Below, piece by piece: positions 14,786 through 28,379 of a DNA stretch of 64,000 bases. The position numbers were made by a program, and so were the translations under genes. The stretch comes from the human T2T-CHM13v2.0 reference genome, Homo sapiens, in assembly GCF_009914755.1 (NCBI RefSeq), contig NC_060926.1. The stretch is one strand, 5' to 3'. The notes under the pieces are model-generated. The model had not been told where the DNA came from. It saw only the letters and a list, made by a program, of their open reading frames with translations, and did not search any database. Within the stretch, counting starts at the first letter, position 1. Every line of letters starts with the position of its first letter.

Positions 14786-15470
14786 AAGTATTTTCAACAT
14801 CAACAAATGGTGAACAACTGGACATGCACATGCAAAAAAAAAAAAAAGAAATCAATCTAGACACAGACTTTAACACCCTCACAAAAATTAACTCAAAGTA
14901 GATCACAGACCTAAATGTAAAACACAAAATTCCTGGAAGATAACAGGAGAAAATCTAGATGGCTGTGGGTTTGGTGATGATTTTTTAAAATACAACACTA
15001 AAGGCACAATCCATGAAAAACACAGATAAGCTGGATTTCAATAAAAATAAAAACTTCTGCTTTGTGAAAGCCACTGTCAAGATAATGAGAAGACAAACCA
15101 CAGACTGGGATAAAATATTTGCAAAAGGCACATCTGATAAAGGACTGTTAGCCAAAATAGACAACACTTAAAATTCAATAATCAGAAATACCCAATTAAA
15201 CAACAGGCAAAAGACCTGAAAAGACAACTTACCAAGAAGCAAGCATATGAAAAGATGTTCAACATATGTCATGAGGGGACTGCAAATGTCAATCAATCAG
15301 GTACCACCACATAACCATTAGCATAGCCAAAACCCAGAACGCTTACACCACCAAATGCTGGTGAGGGTGTGGAGCAACAGGAACTCATTAATTGCTGGTG
15401 GGAATGCAAACGGTACACTTTGACAGTCAAACGAGACAAACCATATGATCCAGCACTGAAGCTCTTGGTA

Positions 15471-15538
15471 TTTATTCAAATGAATTAAAAACATGCCCAT
15501 AGAAAAACCTGCACAAAGATGTTTACAACAGCTTTATT
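15471..15538 (-). terminator. CHMP3: Distal CHMP3 polyadenylation signal candidates (two AATAAA supplied by an antisense L1)
   Basis: tttatt at 15471-15476 and 15533-15538; would give a ~2.3-kb 3'UTR (inference). Confidence 0.5.
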
Positions 15539-15789
15539 CATAATTGCCAAAACTTGGAAACCACCAAGAAGTCTTTCAATAGGTGAATGGATAAACTATT
15601 CATCTAGACAATGGAGTATTATTCAGTGCTAAAAATAAATGCACTATTAAGCCATGAAATGACATGGAGGAACCTTAATTGCATATTATTAAGTGAAAGA
15701 AGCCAGTCTGAAAAGGCTACATACTATATGATTCCAATATGACATTCTAGAAAAGGAAGAACTATGGCGACAGTAAAAAGTGGTTGCCA

Positions 15790-16091
15790 AAGAAAGATCA
15801 TGTCCTTTGCAGGAACATGGATGGGGCTGGAGGCCATTATCCTTAACAAACTAACATAGGAACAGGAAACCAAATATTCCATGTTCTCACAAGTGGGAGT
15901 GAAATAACATGGACACAAAGGAATAACATACTGGGGCCTACCTGAGGGTGGAGGGTGGGAAAAGGGACAGGACCAGAAAAGTAACTATTGGGTACTAGGC
16001 TTAGTACCTGGGTCACTAAATAATCTGTATAACAAACCCCCTTGTCACGAGTTTACCTGCACATGTACCCCCTGAACCTAATTTTTTTTTT
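15790..16091 (+). mobile_element. 5'-truncated primate L1 (L1PA/PB-like) 3' end
   Basis: atcatgtcctttgcagg...cacatgtacccc motifs; perfect 13-bp TSD AAAGTGGTTGCCA (15777-15789 / 16092-16104). Confidence 0.85.
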
Positions 16092-16509
16092 AAAGTGGTT
16101 GCCAGGGGATTAGGGAAGAAAGGGATGAACAGGTGAAGCATAGAGAAGTTTTAGGGCAGTGAAACTATTCTGTATGATTCTATAATTGTAGATATCATCA
16201 TACATTTGTCTAAGCCCATACAATGTACAACACCAGAGTGAATCTTCATGTAAACTATGGACTTTGGGTGATAATGATGTGTCAATGGAGGTTTATTGAT
16301 TGTAACAAATGTACCACTCTGGTGTGGGATACTGATAGTGGTGGGAGGCTATGCATGTGTGAGGGCAGGGGATATATGAGAAATTTCTTTTTGTCCACTT
16401 TTGCTGTGAACCTACAACTGATTTAAAAAAATAATTATTTAAAATAATTTTTTAACTACACTCTGAAGATGAAATCAAGAGTAATAGGAGGGTCCTCTGG
16501 ACTCAAAAA

Positions 16510-16514
<5 letters not shown>

Positions 16515-16541
<27 letters not shown>

Positions 16542-16660
16542 GGAGAGACAGGATCTTGCTATGTTGCCCAGGCTGGTCTTGAACTCCTATTCTCAAGAGA
16601 GCCTCCTGCCTCAGCCTTGTAAAGCACTGGGATTATAGGCATGAACCACCGCACCCAGCC
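16515..16660 (-). mobile_element. Alu left monomer (FLAM-like) with a long A tail, downstream of the CHMP3 stop
   Basis: ~27 T followed by antisense monomer; absent from the paralogous copy near 25755. Confidence 0.85.
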
Positions 16661-17476
16661 AAGATTGCCATTTTGTATGATGAGACTGGAAGGACCCCAT
16701 TGTTTCAGGATTTTGCTACAATATACAAAAAACAATCTGTGAGACAGTGGCTGGGCTTTTTTCCTGCCTGATTAGTTCAGTGCACATACAACTTGGACCA
16801 GAGGATCTGGGTTTGAATCCCATCTCTGATACTTCCCAAACTGAGCTGTTTTCCTTATTTGTAAAGACTAAGATCGCGTATGTCAAAGAGCTCTGTAAAC
16901 TCTCAACACATACAAAGTACTACTGCTGAAATGATTTATAAATGTATCTTAAGAATGTCCCAGATGAGTGAATGTTGGTTATGATGCATGACCACACCTT
17001 AGTGTGCTCCTGGTCAGCTCCTGACTTTGAGAAAACACAGATAGGAAGGCCCATGTCCCACGCACAAGACAACCAGCTCGAAGCAGGGACAGGCAATGAG
17101 AGGTGAAAGAGACCTAGTACTACAGCTGTCTCATCTGGGTGCAACTTGCAATGGGAAGGAAGGGACAGAAGCTCTAAATAGACCCACATGCACACCCCAG
17201 GACATAATGCAGCCACCAGCCAACAGGACAAGCAGCACAATTCCCCAGCATCCTCTTGGTTAAATAGATAAAAGAATGGCTGCCATACCATGTCTGTGAA
17301 AGCCGGGGAGCAGCAACCACAGAGCAGAAGTCACTTCTGCTGAGCTTCCAAATCCCATATGCCTGGCCATAGCAACTCTTTCCACACCCAGCAAATGAAG
17401 CAATCTGGGGCAGCCGACACCTTGAAAGTTTACTGCACAGGGCAATCTACAATGGGGCCAAGTGCTAAAGCAAAAA

Positions 17477-17482
17477 TTTATT
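17477..17482 (-). terminator. CHMP3: Proximal CHMP3 polyadenylation signal candidate (AATAAA)
   Basis: AATAAA on minus ~335 nt after the stop, followed by U-rich sequence. Confidence 0.65.
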
Positions 17483-17817
17483 AAAATTCATTTATATAGT
17501 GTTTTATAGACAAAAGTAGAGTCTTCGACATTCAGGCAATCACCTATATTTTCAGAAGTGCTTCATGAGCAGATGGATTTCTTTCCCCTCCCCACAATAA
17601 GATATATCTGTCTATACTCCTAAAAATGATGCATTTATTTATGCCACTTTTATAAGAACAATCCCTTTGCGATCCCAAAACCTGGGCAGAGAATGAAAAG
17701 AGACAAACAGAACCTTCTCCAAAATGGTAGTCCTCACAACAGAGGTGTAGTGCAAGAGACACATAAAATGGCAGCTCTTGAGAGGAGTGTGTGCACACCC
17801 AGCGGGGTAGGCAGCCC

Positions 17818-17963
17818 CTAGCTGCGGAGTGTGGCCAGCCGGGACTGCATGGCCTCCAGAGCCTCTTCCTCCTCCTCCTCATCCTCTGAGGCAGCCATCG
17901 CTCCTGGAGGTTCTGGCTCTGGAAGGGCATCAGTCACTTTACTGGGTGCTTTGCCCAAGGCCC
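17818..17963 (-). CDS. CHMP3: CHMP3 last coding exon (GALGKAPSKVTDALPEPEPPGAMAASEDEEEEEEALEAMQSRLATLRS*)
   Basis: ttttcag acceptor; TAG at 17820-17818; C-terminal MIM1-type motif; exons 2-6 plus a 45-nt exon-1 part give 669 nt. Confidence 0.97.
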
Positions 17964-18640
17964 CTGAAAAGAAAGAGCAAAGATGAACACCACATTGGCT
18001 TAAGGAAGCAGCCCCTCAATCTTCCCTGCCTTTCATTCCTGGACCAATCTGACCAGATACAAAAATGAGACAGTACAGCAAGCTGTTTTTGGGGGGGTTT
18101 ACTCACTCTGGGAAATGTGCAAATAGCTACCTGTAATGATACCAAAGTCATAATAATTGTAAGGATTTTAAGAATCTCGGTTCTGAAGCTCCTAATCTAA
18201 ATTCCTAAATGCTACTGAAAACTTTAAATCTTCTTTCTGAATAAAACTAAATTGTTTCTAAATCTTCACAAAATATTTTCTTGGAGTAACTGTCTTCCTT
18301 TCCCCAACAACTTAAACCCAACAAATGAACTAATAAAAATTAAACCCCACCATTTTTTTAATTAAACATAAAACTCAGAAAATCTAGAAGTAAAAATAAA
18401 GTTTAAAAACTCATTAACCATCACTTGGAGATTACTATTTTTATCATCTCCCTTCCAGACTTCTATAGACATGTTTTTACACAAAAGTATGTATTTCAGT
18501 AAAAAGGCTTTATTCACATGTTGTAAACATCATTCCATGTTAACGAGTATATTTCTATACCATCTATCACAATATATAGTATTCCATTAAAATAAATATA
18601 ACACAAATGATTTTATTAGGCATTTAGTTTGTTTCGAACC

Positions 18641-19176
18641 TTTTTTTTTTTTTTTTTTTGAGACAGGCTGGACTGCAGTAGTGCGATCATGGCCAACTGC
18701 AGCCTGGACCTCCTGGGCTCAAGCAATCCTCCCACCTCAGTCTCCCAAGCAGCTGGGACTAAGGTGTGTGCCACCACACCCACCTACCTAATTTTTATAT
18801 TTTTTGTAGAGACAGGGTTTCACCATGTTGCCCAGGCTGGGCTCCTGAGTTCAACCAATCCACTTGCCTCAGCCTCCCTCACAAGGTGTTGGGATTACAG
18901 GCATAAGCCACTGCACCTGGCCCTCAAACGTTTCATTTTTATAAATAATGCTACTACAGACATCCTTGAATTAAATATTTCAGCACATTCTTAATTATTT
19001 CATTAAACTCCCAGAAGTCAATCTATTAGGTCAAATTTTTTTTTTTAATATATATTTTTTTGAGATGCGGTCTTGCTATGGTTGCCCAGGCTGGTCTCAA
19101 ACTCCTGGGCTCAAGCGATCCCCCACCTGAGCCTCCCAAAGTGCTGGGATAACAGGCGTGAGCCATCGCACTTGGC
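18641..19176 (-). mobile_element. AluJ (18641-18922) and FLAM-type monomer (19037-19176)
   Basis: Antisense Alu sequences with T-tails. Confidence 0.85.
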
Positions 19177-19492
19177 GAAGGCAAGGGCTTTTGAATGGCT
19201 ATGGCCAAATTGCTTTCAAGAAAGTCTACACCAGTTTAAAATCCCAACAGCAGTATATGAGAGCAGTATCTTCCTTTAAAATCATGCAAACTCTAAAAAT
19301 TTTAAGAATTGTGTTTTTTAAAAGATGGTTATAGATATTGTGCTTACTTTTCAAGAAATAAGCTGCACAGTGTAAAACGTTAAAAATGTAGAAGGGAGTT
19401 AATGCCTAAAGAAAAAGCTACTAGCTAATTTAGTGAATGAAGGAAGAATGGCCATAAAAAGAGAGGAGAAAGGATGGATCTCACGGTCATAC

Positions 19493-19607
19493 CTGCTGTA
19501 ATTTCAAAGAGAATTCTGTCAATTTCCATTTCTGCTTCTTCCTCCATTTCTTCCTGATCGTCCATGCTTTCAAAAGTGTCCTCTAACATCTCCTCTATGA
19601 TCCCAGC
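19493..19607 (-). CDS. CHMP3: CHMP3 coding exon 5 (AGIIEEMLEDTFESMDDQEEMEEEAEMEIDRILFEITA)
   Basis: gtttag acceptor, CAG|gtatga donor; 115 nt; acidic ESCRT-III region. Confidence 0.97.
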
Positions 19608-21982
19608 CTAAACAGAATAAATATGTCACTTCGGTCAACTGTTAAATCTGTTCCCATCAGACACCCTACACATCACCTAGACCGAGCTCTAGCCTAAGTC
19701 CAGTCTATCCTTTCAAGAGCTGACACACGAGACAGCTGGCCAAAGGAAACACTGGATGTTGTCCTCTCTGCAGAAATGCAAAAGCCCCAAAGGGAAACGG
19801 CTCTCTAAATTTAACACCCTAGGGGTGGGGAGTGCTACTACTGGCTGTCAGCAGAGCTTCCTAAAGTAACCCAGACTTAATATAATGGCAGCACCTGAGA
19901 AACAGCTCACTGACAGATGAGTGTATTTCCAGCGCTGTTTTGGGAAGCATCTGTCCTAACACTGCAAATATAATCCGTGAACGCAGGGGTTGGAATATGG
20001 TATGAAAAGTGGTTGGAGCCGTAGTAGATGCCGTGATAAAAAAATGCCAACAGCAGGGTAAAAGCCAAAAAAGGCCTGAAGAGGACTCCAGCTTGTCCAG
20101 GTTACATCTGCCAGAATGGGGTAATCTGGTAGGTCTGCAAGGATCAATTAACCAAAATCTGATCACCCACTCCTGGGAGAACTAAGACAATACTTCTGGA
20201 CTCAACAAGGTAAAGGCCAGACACTTTTCTGGAAGTCCTGTGCCTGGCAGCCTGCAGGAGCCAGCCAGTCAGCCTCCTCTGTTCTCAAGGCAGCATGGCA
20301 CCACTGCAGGACACAAGCAAATGGCTTTAACACTGGCCCAACCCAACCTAGCCCTGCAGTCTTTGTGCTCAGCAGTTCCTCAACTCCCAGATAGGGCCCT
20401 ACTGAATGTTCTTTGTTACTGAAGCAAAGGGTCGGAACAGCAACCTCCAAAGTCAACAAGAGGGCTGCTGACATCCCTGGGCAGAACAGGTACTGGGGGT
20501 GCTGAGTGGCTGTGGTGGAGGGCATGGGTTCAGGTTTCTGAGAAGTTGCTAGAAAAAGAAAATCCTGGTTGTCTTGCCACCTGAAAAAACTAAGTCCCTT
20601 GCTTTGTACCTTGATGTTTTGGTGATTCAAGGAGCAGAAGGTCACATGTAGCAGCTCCGGCCCTGGCTCCCTTGTACTCAGCCAGGGTACAATTCTCAGT
20701 GACTATGCTGAAGGGTTCAGATTTAAAGCAACCCTCTATCCTGCCTGCCTGAATCTAACTAGCACCCTATTCTGCCCATCCTCAGATCCGTTCTTCCCAA
20801 CCAAAATGAACAAATAAATTCATATTCATGTTCACCCAGGTGAAACCCTAGGGCCTTCCTGAATGGGATCATCTTAGTACTGGGGGCTACCATAAAAGAA
20901 GTGCAATAAATGCTTGCTAATTGGTTAAAAAGAGTCCACCAGAATCCTAATTGTAATAGCCCTTCACACTCTGGAGGTAGAAGTTGTCATTTATTTATTC
21001 ATTCAATCAGCAACGATTCATCAAAGTCCTGCTCTGTGCCACACAATAGGCCTGGGATAAACAGAATGACTAAGATGTGTTCTTGCCCTTGAGGAGCTGA
21101 GCCCCTACTGGGGCCTTCAGAATGTACTACACGCAAGCCTTCCTCCAAATCTGTATTACTCCCAGTATTCAGAAACCATTATGAAAAAGATCCCAGATTC
21201 TGAAAAAGGCTTCCCTCTCAGATCCTGGTGGCTGAGTTAAAATGAGCAAGCCTGAAGGCACTCCAAGAATGATCTTCTTATCTGGTTCTAGATGAACAGT
21301 GATCACCAACTTGGGGGCAAGACACCTACATGCTATTTGTAAAGGACATACCCTCCTGACCCAGTTCCTTCCTTACTGCTACTGCCCAAGGAGTTCTCAT
21401 TCAAACAACCTGGGCCCTGGGCTTTCTATGTCATTTTTCTGCAATTTTCTTTTCCAGCCCCTCTCTCCCATGCCCTAAACCCTGTACATAATTCAAGTTC
21501 ATAAATGAAATTCCCTGAGAGGAAGGGAGGTGATTTCTATGCACAGCCTCTATACAAGAATTTGAGGTGTACACTCTTGGTTGTCAGCCACAGGTCTGAA
21601 GCATGAAACAGCATCTGTGTGAGGGACCTCCCATCCTCATTTCCTCTGTGACAACTCACGTGATAAGGTCAGACTGCAGTGCCCCAACTCTATATCTTCA
21701 CTTACAACCAAGGTGACCTTAGGGAAACTACCTGATGACCCAAAAGCTCAGTTTCTGTCTATGTAAAACGAGGACAAAAATCCCTACTTCTCACGATGGC
21801 TAGAAGAACAGACTAGGAGATAGGACAGTATGTGGCTGCCGGGGCTCGGCAGCAATGCCTTCTTTATCCCTGTCCTTGTCTGAGGGCCACGAGTACAGGT
21901 CCTTGCCAGACCCTGATCCTGGGGGTGGCAGGTATTTACGCACTTTCTATTTGATTCTCAGTCTCTCCTTTTTTAGTTTAAA

Positions 21983-22050
21983 ACAGGGATCAGCAAACTA
22001 CAGCTGCTGCAGGCCAAATACGGTCTCTGCCTGTTTTTGTAAATCAAGTT
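21983..22050. mobile_element. MER58-like hAT fragment
   Basis: cagggatcagcaaactac...gcctgtttttgtaaat terminus. Confidence 0.55.
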
Positions 22051-22371
22051 TCTTTCCATCTCCTTGCCTATGTTGGACCCTGCAAACTTTATTTCCTTGA
22101 TCCCTAAATGGTTGCTCCTTGGATCCCCCACCTCCTCTAGAGCTCTGGGTAGACTTTTGCTTCTTCTACAGAACACTCTGGCAATCTGACCCAGCCTCTG
22201 CTATGCTGAGCTCAAATGGTTTCAATCAATGTTAACAGCTACTCCTTAAAATTAATTCTGTCTAGCAGGTGTAGTCTGTTCATCCCCACCCACCCTCATC
22301 CCTAGCCCCCTGTTACTTGTTTAGAGTGACTCTGGGGTTTGGAAAGGAAAGCAGGGCTAGCCCCAAGTCAC

Positions 22372-22493
22372 CTTCATCATTTCTTTGGACAACTCCCTCA
22401 TGGTGGCCTGAATCTCTGGAATCTTCACAAGACTTTGCATGGCCTTCATCACTTCTGTGCTCTTCTGCAGGGAACCAGCCACTCGCAAGACCG
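22372..22493 (-). CDS. CHMP3: CHMP3 coding exon 4 (AVLRVAGSLQKSTEVMKAMQSLVKIPEIQATMRELSKEMMK)
   Basis: ctttcag acceptor, AAG|gtgac donor; 122 nt; within ORF 22357..22566. Confidence 0.97.
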
Positions 22494-24133
22494 CTGAAAG
22501 AGAATGTGTACAGTCAGGATTGTTCAACAGGATGGAATAGAGAGAGACAGCCAAATTATGAGCCATTCCAATAAATGACAGCAGTAGCAGATGGACTCCC
22601 GAAGTTATTTGTGTGCCTTTAAATTAATTACTGTGCTAGTTGACCAAGAGATTGACTTTCCTAAATTGTATGCTATCTGGGTTACTACTGATGTGAATTC
22701 AATGAGCATGCACACCACATGACCAATCTGGAGAGTGGCCTGAAGCCACTCTTGACTTTTAGGAAAGGAAGCCAGCTTGGAGTAACTGTGACACCCAGGA
22801 AAATCACAAATGGGAGAAAGAGCTCCAGACCTTGTAAAGGCCACACTAGGAAAGAGAAGGCTTCAGGACCCGAGCAGAGCTCCCCACACACCAGCCTATG
22901 GACAGTATCTGTTCAGTATGGAGCCAGCTTATCATTGGTCCTCAGAAAAATGAGAGAAACTAGGACAGATACAGTGAATATGTGTATGTGTGTCAATGTG
23001 AGGTGGTTCCTTACTAGAGAAAAACCTTCTGTAGTCTGAGATTGTATGCCTACTACAATCTTCTTTATAAGAAATCACGGTAGTATCAAAAGATCATTGC
23101 CCCACCCTCAATGTCTTTAACATGTCAAAGAGTTGGCAACCATCTAAACCTGTTTTGGAATTTCATGAGACTTGAAGTTCTGAGAGCTGTCATATACAAG
23201 CTGTTCCCTAAAACCGGCACACAGACTTCCTTCCTCCTGGCTAAACCAGGAGTCACTACAGGTTTACTTCTGGTGGAATCCAGACCCTAGGAAGCTTTCA
23301 CATCTAAGGGAAAACAAGAGTGACCAGAGAAATGCCTGTCTGACATTCATAGCACTGTGATTTTTCTAAAGGAGTAAGGGAGTTTGCTAGTTGCAGAGAA
23401 CACTTCATTTCTCTTAACACTGAAATGGGAAAATAAAATATTTATTAATATTAGTAGAATGACAGAGGAAGTGCCAAGAATCTGTGAGGCTGAAATAAGC
23501 AATAAATTACATATGCCATTAAAATGATAAAAAAGTTATAATTACTTTTATAAATTTACTTTTATAAATTTATAAAATTTTATAATTTTATAAAAAGTTA
23601 AAAATTACTATTGATTATATAAAGGTGGGAAGAAAAGGGTAAAAATAAAGCAAATTCCATCCAGTTTTGTTTATAAAGCCTGATGTCTACATGAGCCTGT
23701 AGTTGTATTATTATTTTATAATTTGCATCCTGATACATCCTTATACATATTATAAGTTGTATTATTATTTGCATCCTGAGTCTGTAACCCAGAGAGAGTA
23801 CCTGAACATGGTATGTGTTCAGTAAACATTTTTGGGCTGAATTAGTGAAAATAAGTAAACAGATGGGAGACATGGAAAAAACTGTGACTAGAGAAGTATT
23901 TAAACACTGAATCATTTGTATTCTGAAAAAGGTATAAATTTCTGATTATTAGAAGGTACAAGAAGGGAAGAGTCAATGTTGTAGGAAAAAGGGGACACAA
24001 AAATAAACTTAGAAATAAAACTTATTACAAAAACACTCAAGTTGATAACCAACCAAAATGGATTAGGTAAGTGGATTTTTAAAAGGCCAGACTAATTGTA
24101 TGTTGTACACTTGAAACTCAAGACAAAGGTGGT

Positions 24134-24490
24134 TGCTATGGTTTGAATACGTCCTCTCCAAAATTCAGGTGTTGCCACTGTGATAAGTATTAAGAGGTGG
24201 AGTTTTTAAGAGGTGATTAGGCCATGAGGTTCCACCCTCCTGAATGGATTAGGTGCCCTTAGAAAAGGGCCTACAGGAGGCAGTTCGTTCTCCGTTGCCC
24301 TTCCTCCTGCCACGTGAGAACACAGCATGCCTACCCTCCAGAAAATGCAGCCCTCACCAGACAACCAACCCTGCCAGCACCTTAATCTTGAACTTCCCAG
24401 ACTCCAGAACTGCATGAAATAAAATTCTACTCTGAATAAATTACTCAGTCTCAGGTATTCTGCTATAGCAGCACAAAAGAAACTAAGACA
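24134..24490 (+). mobile_element. Solo MaLR LTR (MSTC/D- or MLT1A-like)
   Basis: tgctatggtttgaat...ctaagaca termini; ttcccagactccagaactg motif. Confidence 0.85.
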
Positions 24491-24590
24491 GGTATTTAAA
24501 AAATGTATTTCCTATGTTCCAAAAGGAAAAACGAAAAAAGGTGTGGCAGGTAAAAATTATTTCATAATAAAAATAGCCACACCTTCAAAA

Positions 24591-26258
24591 GAATGAAAAG
24601 GCAAGCCCCAAGCTGCAGGAAAATATTTGCAAAAGACATATCTGATAAAGGACTGCTATCCACAACATACAAAAAACTCGTAAAACTCAATAATGAGAAA
24701 ATAACTGAACTTAAAAATGGGCAAAAGACCTGAACAGATAACTCACCAACATGATATATTAATATAAATGGCAAGTAAGCATATGAAAAGATGTTCAACA
24801 TCTTATGTCATTTGGGGACTGTAAATTAAAACAATGAGATACCACTAAAAACCCCTTAGAATGGCCCAATCCAGACCACTGACAATACCAAATGCTGGCG
24901 AGAATGTGCAGCAACAGGAACTCTCATTCATTACTGATGGGAATGCAAAATGGTACAGCCACTTTGGAAGACAAAGCCAGACACACACCTACCATATGAT
25001 CCAGCAAGTGTGCTCCTTGGTAGTTATCATAATGAATTAAAAATATGTCCACAGAAAAACCTGCACACAGATGTCTTATAGCAGCTTTATTCATAACTGC
25101 CAAAACTTGTCAGAAACCAAGATGTCTTTCAGCAGGTGTACGGATAAACAAACTGGTACGTCCAGACAATGGAATATTATCCAGTACTAAAAATAAATGA
25201 GCTTTCAAGCCATGAAAAGACAAGGAAGAAACTTAAATGCATATTACTAAGTGAAAGAAGCCAGTCTGAAAAGGCTACATATTGTATGATTCCAACTATA
25301 TGACATTCTAGAAAAGGCAAAACTATGGAGACAGTAATAAAATCAGTGGTTGCCAAGAGTTAGTAGGGAAAAAAGATGAATAAACAGCACAGAGAATTTT
25401 TAGGGCAGTGAAACTATTTTGTATGATACTATAATTGTGGATATCATTATATATGTGTCCAAACCCATCGAATGTACAACACCAAGAGTGAATCCTAATG
25501 TAAACTATGGACTTTGGGTGATAATGACATGTAAATAGAGGCTTACTGATTGTAACAAATGTACCACTCTTGTGTGGGATGTTGACAGTGAATGAGGCTA
25601 TGCAAGTGTGAGGGCAGGGGTATGTGGATTTTCTGTACTTTCTATTCAATTTTGCTGTGAACCTAAAACTGCTCAAAAAATAAGTTTACTAAAAAATAAA
25701 AACAACTATACCCTGAAGGTGAAATCAAGAGTAATAGAAGGGTCGTCTGCATTCAAGATTGCCATTTGTATCATGAGACTGAAAGGACTCCACTGCAGCA
25801 ACACCTGGCATCAGGCATTCCATCCAGAATCTACAAAACCAACCTGCCAGAGAGCCGTTGGGCTTTTTTCCTGCCTGATTGTTTTAGTGCACATATGACT
25901 TAGACTAGAGATAATTGGGTTTGAACCCCAGCTCCGCCATTTCCTCACTGCCATCTTAAGCAAGCTGAATTATTTTCCTTATTCGTGAAGATTGAATGAG
26001 ATCACATATGTCAAAGAGCTTTGTAAACTCTCACACACATACAAATATAAAGTGCTACTGCTGAAGCAGTTTATAAATATATCTTAAGAATGTCCCAGAT
26101 GAGTGAGAGTTGGTTAGGATGCATGACCACACCTTGGTGTGCTGCTGGTCAGCTCCTGACTCTGAGAAAGCACTGATGGAAAGGCCCATGTCCCATGTAC
26201 AAGATAACCAGCTCGAAGCAGGGACAGGCAATGAGAGGTGAAAGAGGCCTAGTTCCAC
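24591..26258 (+). repeat. Intragenic duplication, paralog of about 15083-17123 (L1M 3' end plus flank)
   Basis: Collinear similarity continues past the L1 end into non-L1 sequence, e.g. gatgcatgaccacacctt.gtgtgct.ctggtcagctcctgact and aaccagctcgaagcagggacaggcaatgagaggtgaaagag. Confidence 0.9.
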
Positions 26259-27211
26259 AATTCTGTTCTAATATAAGCCACAGTGGTCAAGTTTTCCGTT
26301 ATTTGCTGCTGAACATATTCCTTAGTTAATATAACAAAAGAAAGCAAAAATATCATCCATTATATTTTATGAAGTATATGTAACACTAATTCTAAAGTCT
26401 GAACAAAACTCTAATCATAGTTTTGCCAGATAGCATTCTAATGAGCTCACGTGCTATTTAAAGTATAAAACTATCCTCAAATAGACTGTACAAACCCATT
26501 AAGACCACAGTGGATTCACATTCAATAGGCATGGGTGGCTTAATCTTAAAATACCACATTCAAAAACCAAGAACACACATTATATACTAAAATATAAATG
26601 GCATCAGGGTAGTGACTGCGTCCCACTGTGTTAACAATATGTTGAATGCATAGAATGCAATCAACAAATAGGTGCTGAATGAATAAATGAATCAATCTAT
26701 AAACAAAGCATTATTTAATGGTAGAAAGTCCCAGAAAGCATGTGTTAGACTGAAACAGAAATTCCTATCTAAAATCTTCAAAAGACTAGAGCATTCAAAG
26801 TATCGTTATATATTTAATTAAAATGTTAATTAAAATGCCAAATTTCCTGCTTAAAAATGGTTAAAATGGCAAATTTTCGTACATATATTTTACTATAAAA
26901 CCTCCCCACATCCCCCAAAAAAGGTTAAAATTCTAGAGAAAACATTACTAAGTCAGTAATGTAAAAGCTAGTTGACCACATTTAAAACAACAAAGATCAA
27001 AGTAACACAGAGAGGAATATGAAATAAACTGGGCAGCATTTCATTGGTCACAGCTCTTTTTGCTGAAATCCTTCCCCACCCCAGGCCTGTCTGCAGATCT
27101 CTCTGGGTTCAGGCTCTCTCCAACTTCAGGGTCTCTCCACATGGTCCTCCCTCAGTGTGGAGTGCCAGTCCCACTGACAGCCCCATATGTAGAGGCTTGG
27201 GGGACAAAGTT

Positions 27212-27322
27212 AAAAAAAAAAAAATGGAATGCTTCAGAAGTTTGTATTTATCCTTGTGCAGGGCCACATTAATCTTCTCAGTATTGTTCCAATTTTAGTA
27301 TATGTGCTGCCCAAGAGAACAC
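27212..27322 (-). pseudogene. U6 snRNA pseudogene (full length, diverged)
   Basis: Minus strand reads GTGTTCTCTTGGGCAGCACATATACTAAAATTGGAACAATACTGAGAAGATTAA...AAGCATTCCA(T)13; ACAGAGA box mutated to ACTGAGA. Confidence 0.93.
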
Positions 27323-27328
27323 TAGATT

Positions 27329-27764
<436 letters not shown>

Positions 27765-27889
27765 TAAAGACTCAAGTGCTCCTACATAGAATGAAAGATT
27801 TAGTATTGGGTCAGAAATATGTTTTCTCTTTTCTTTTTTGTATTGATCATTAAAATTCCAGAACATTTCTTTATTTAAAAAAAATTTTT

Positions 27890-28241
<352 letters not shown>

Positions 28242-28379
28242 TTAAATTACAGACAGAACATCCACATACTGGTGACAAAAAGCAACTGATGTAGGAAAAG
28301 AAATTAAAAACCAGAAATAAAAAAGGGTTCACTTTTAAACATTTCATCAAAGAGAATTTTGAAGACACAGAAAAGTAGA

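Noticed and set aside
17544-17930. 128-aa alternative-frame ORF over the CHMP3 last exon
   Set aside because: Skipping exon 5 enters this frame but hits a TGA just before the ORF; no plausible route to translation
19861-20645. 101-aa and 147-aa ORFs in unique CHMP3 intron 4 sequence
   Set aside because: No recognisable domain, non-ATG starts and lengths expected by chance
24591-26258. Processed pseudogene or L1 3'-transduction origin of the duplicated block
   Set aside because: No spliced exon junctions, polyA tract or TSD visible at either end; not fully excluded given its age
27212-27322. Functional U6 snRNA gene
   Set aside because: Many substitutions including the ACAGAGA box; upstream sequence is an Alu, not a PSE/TATA promoter
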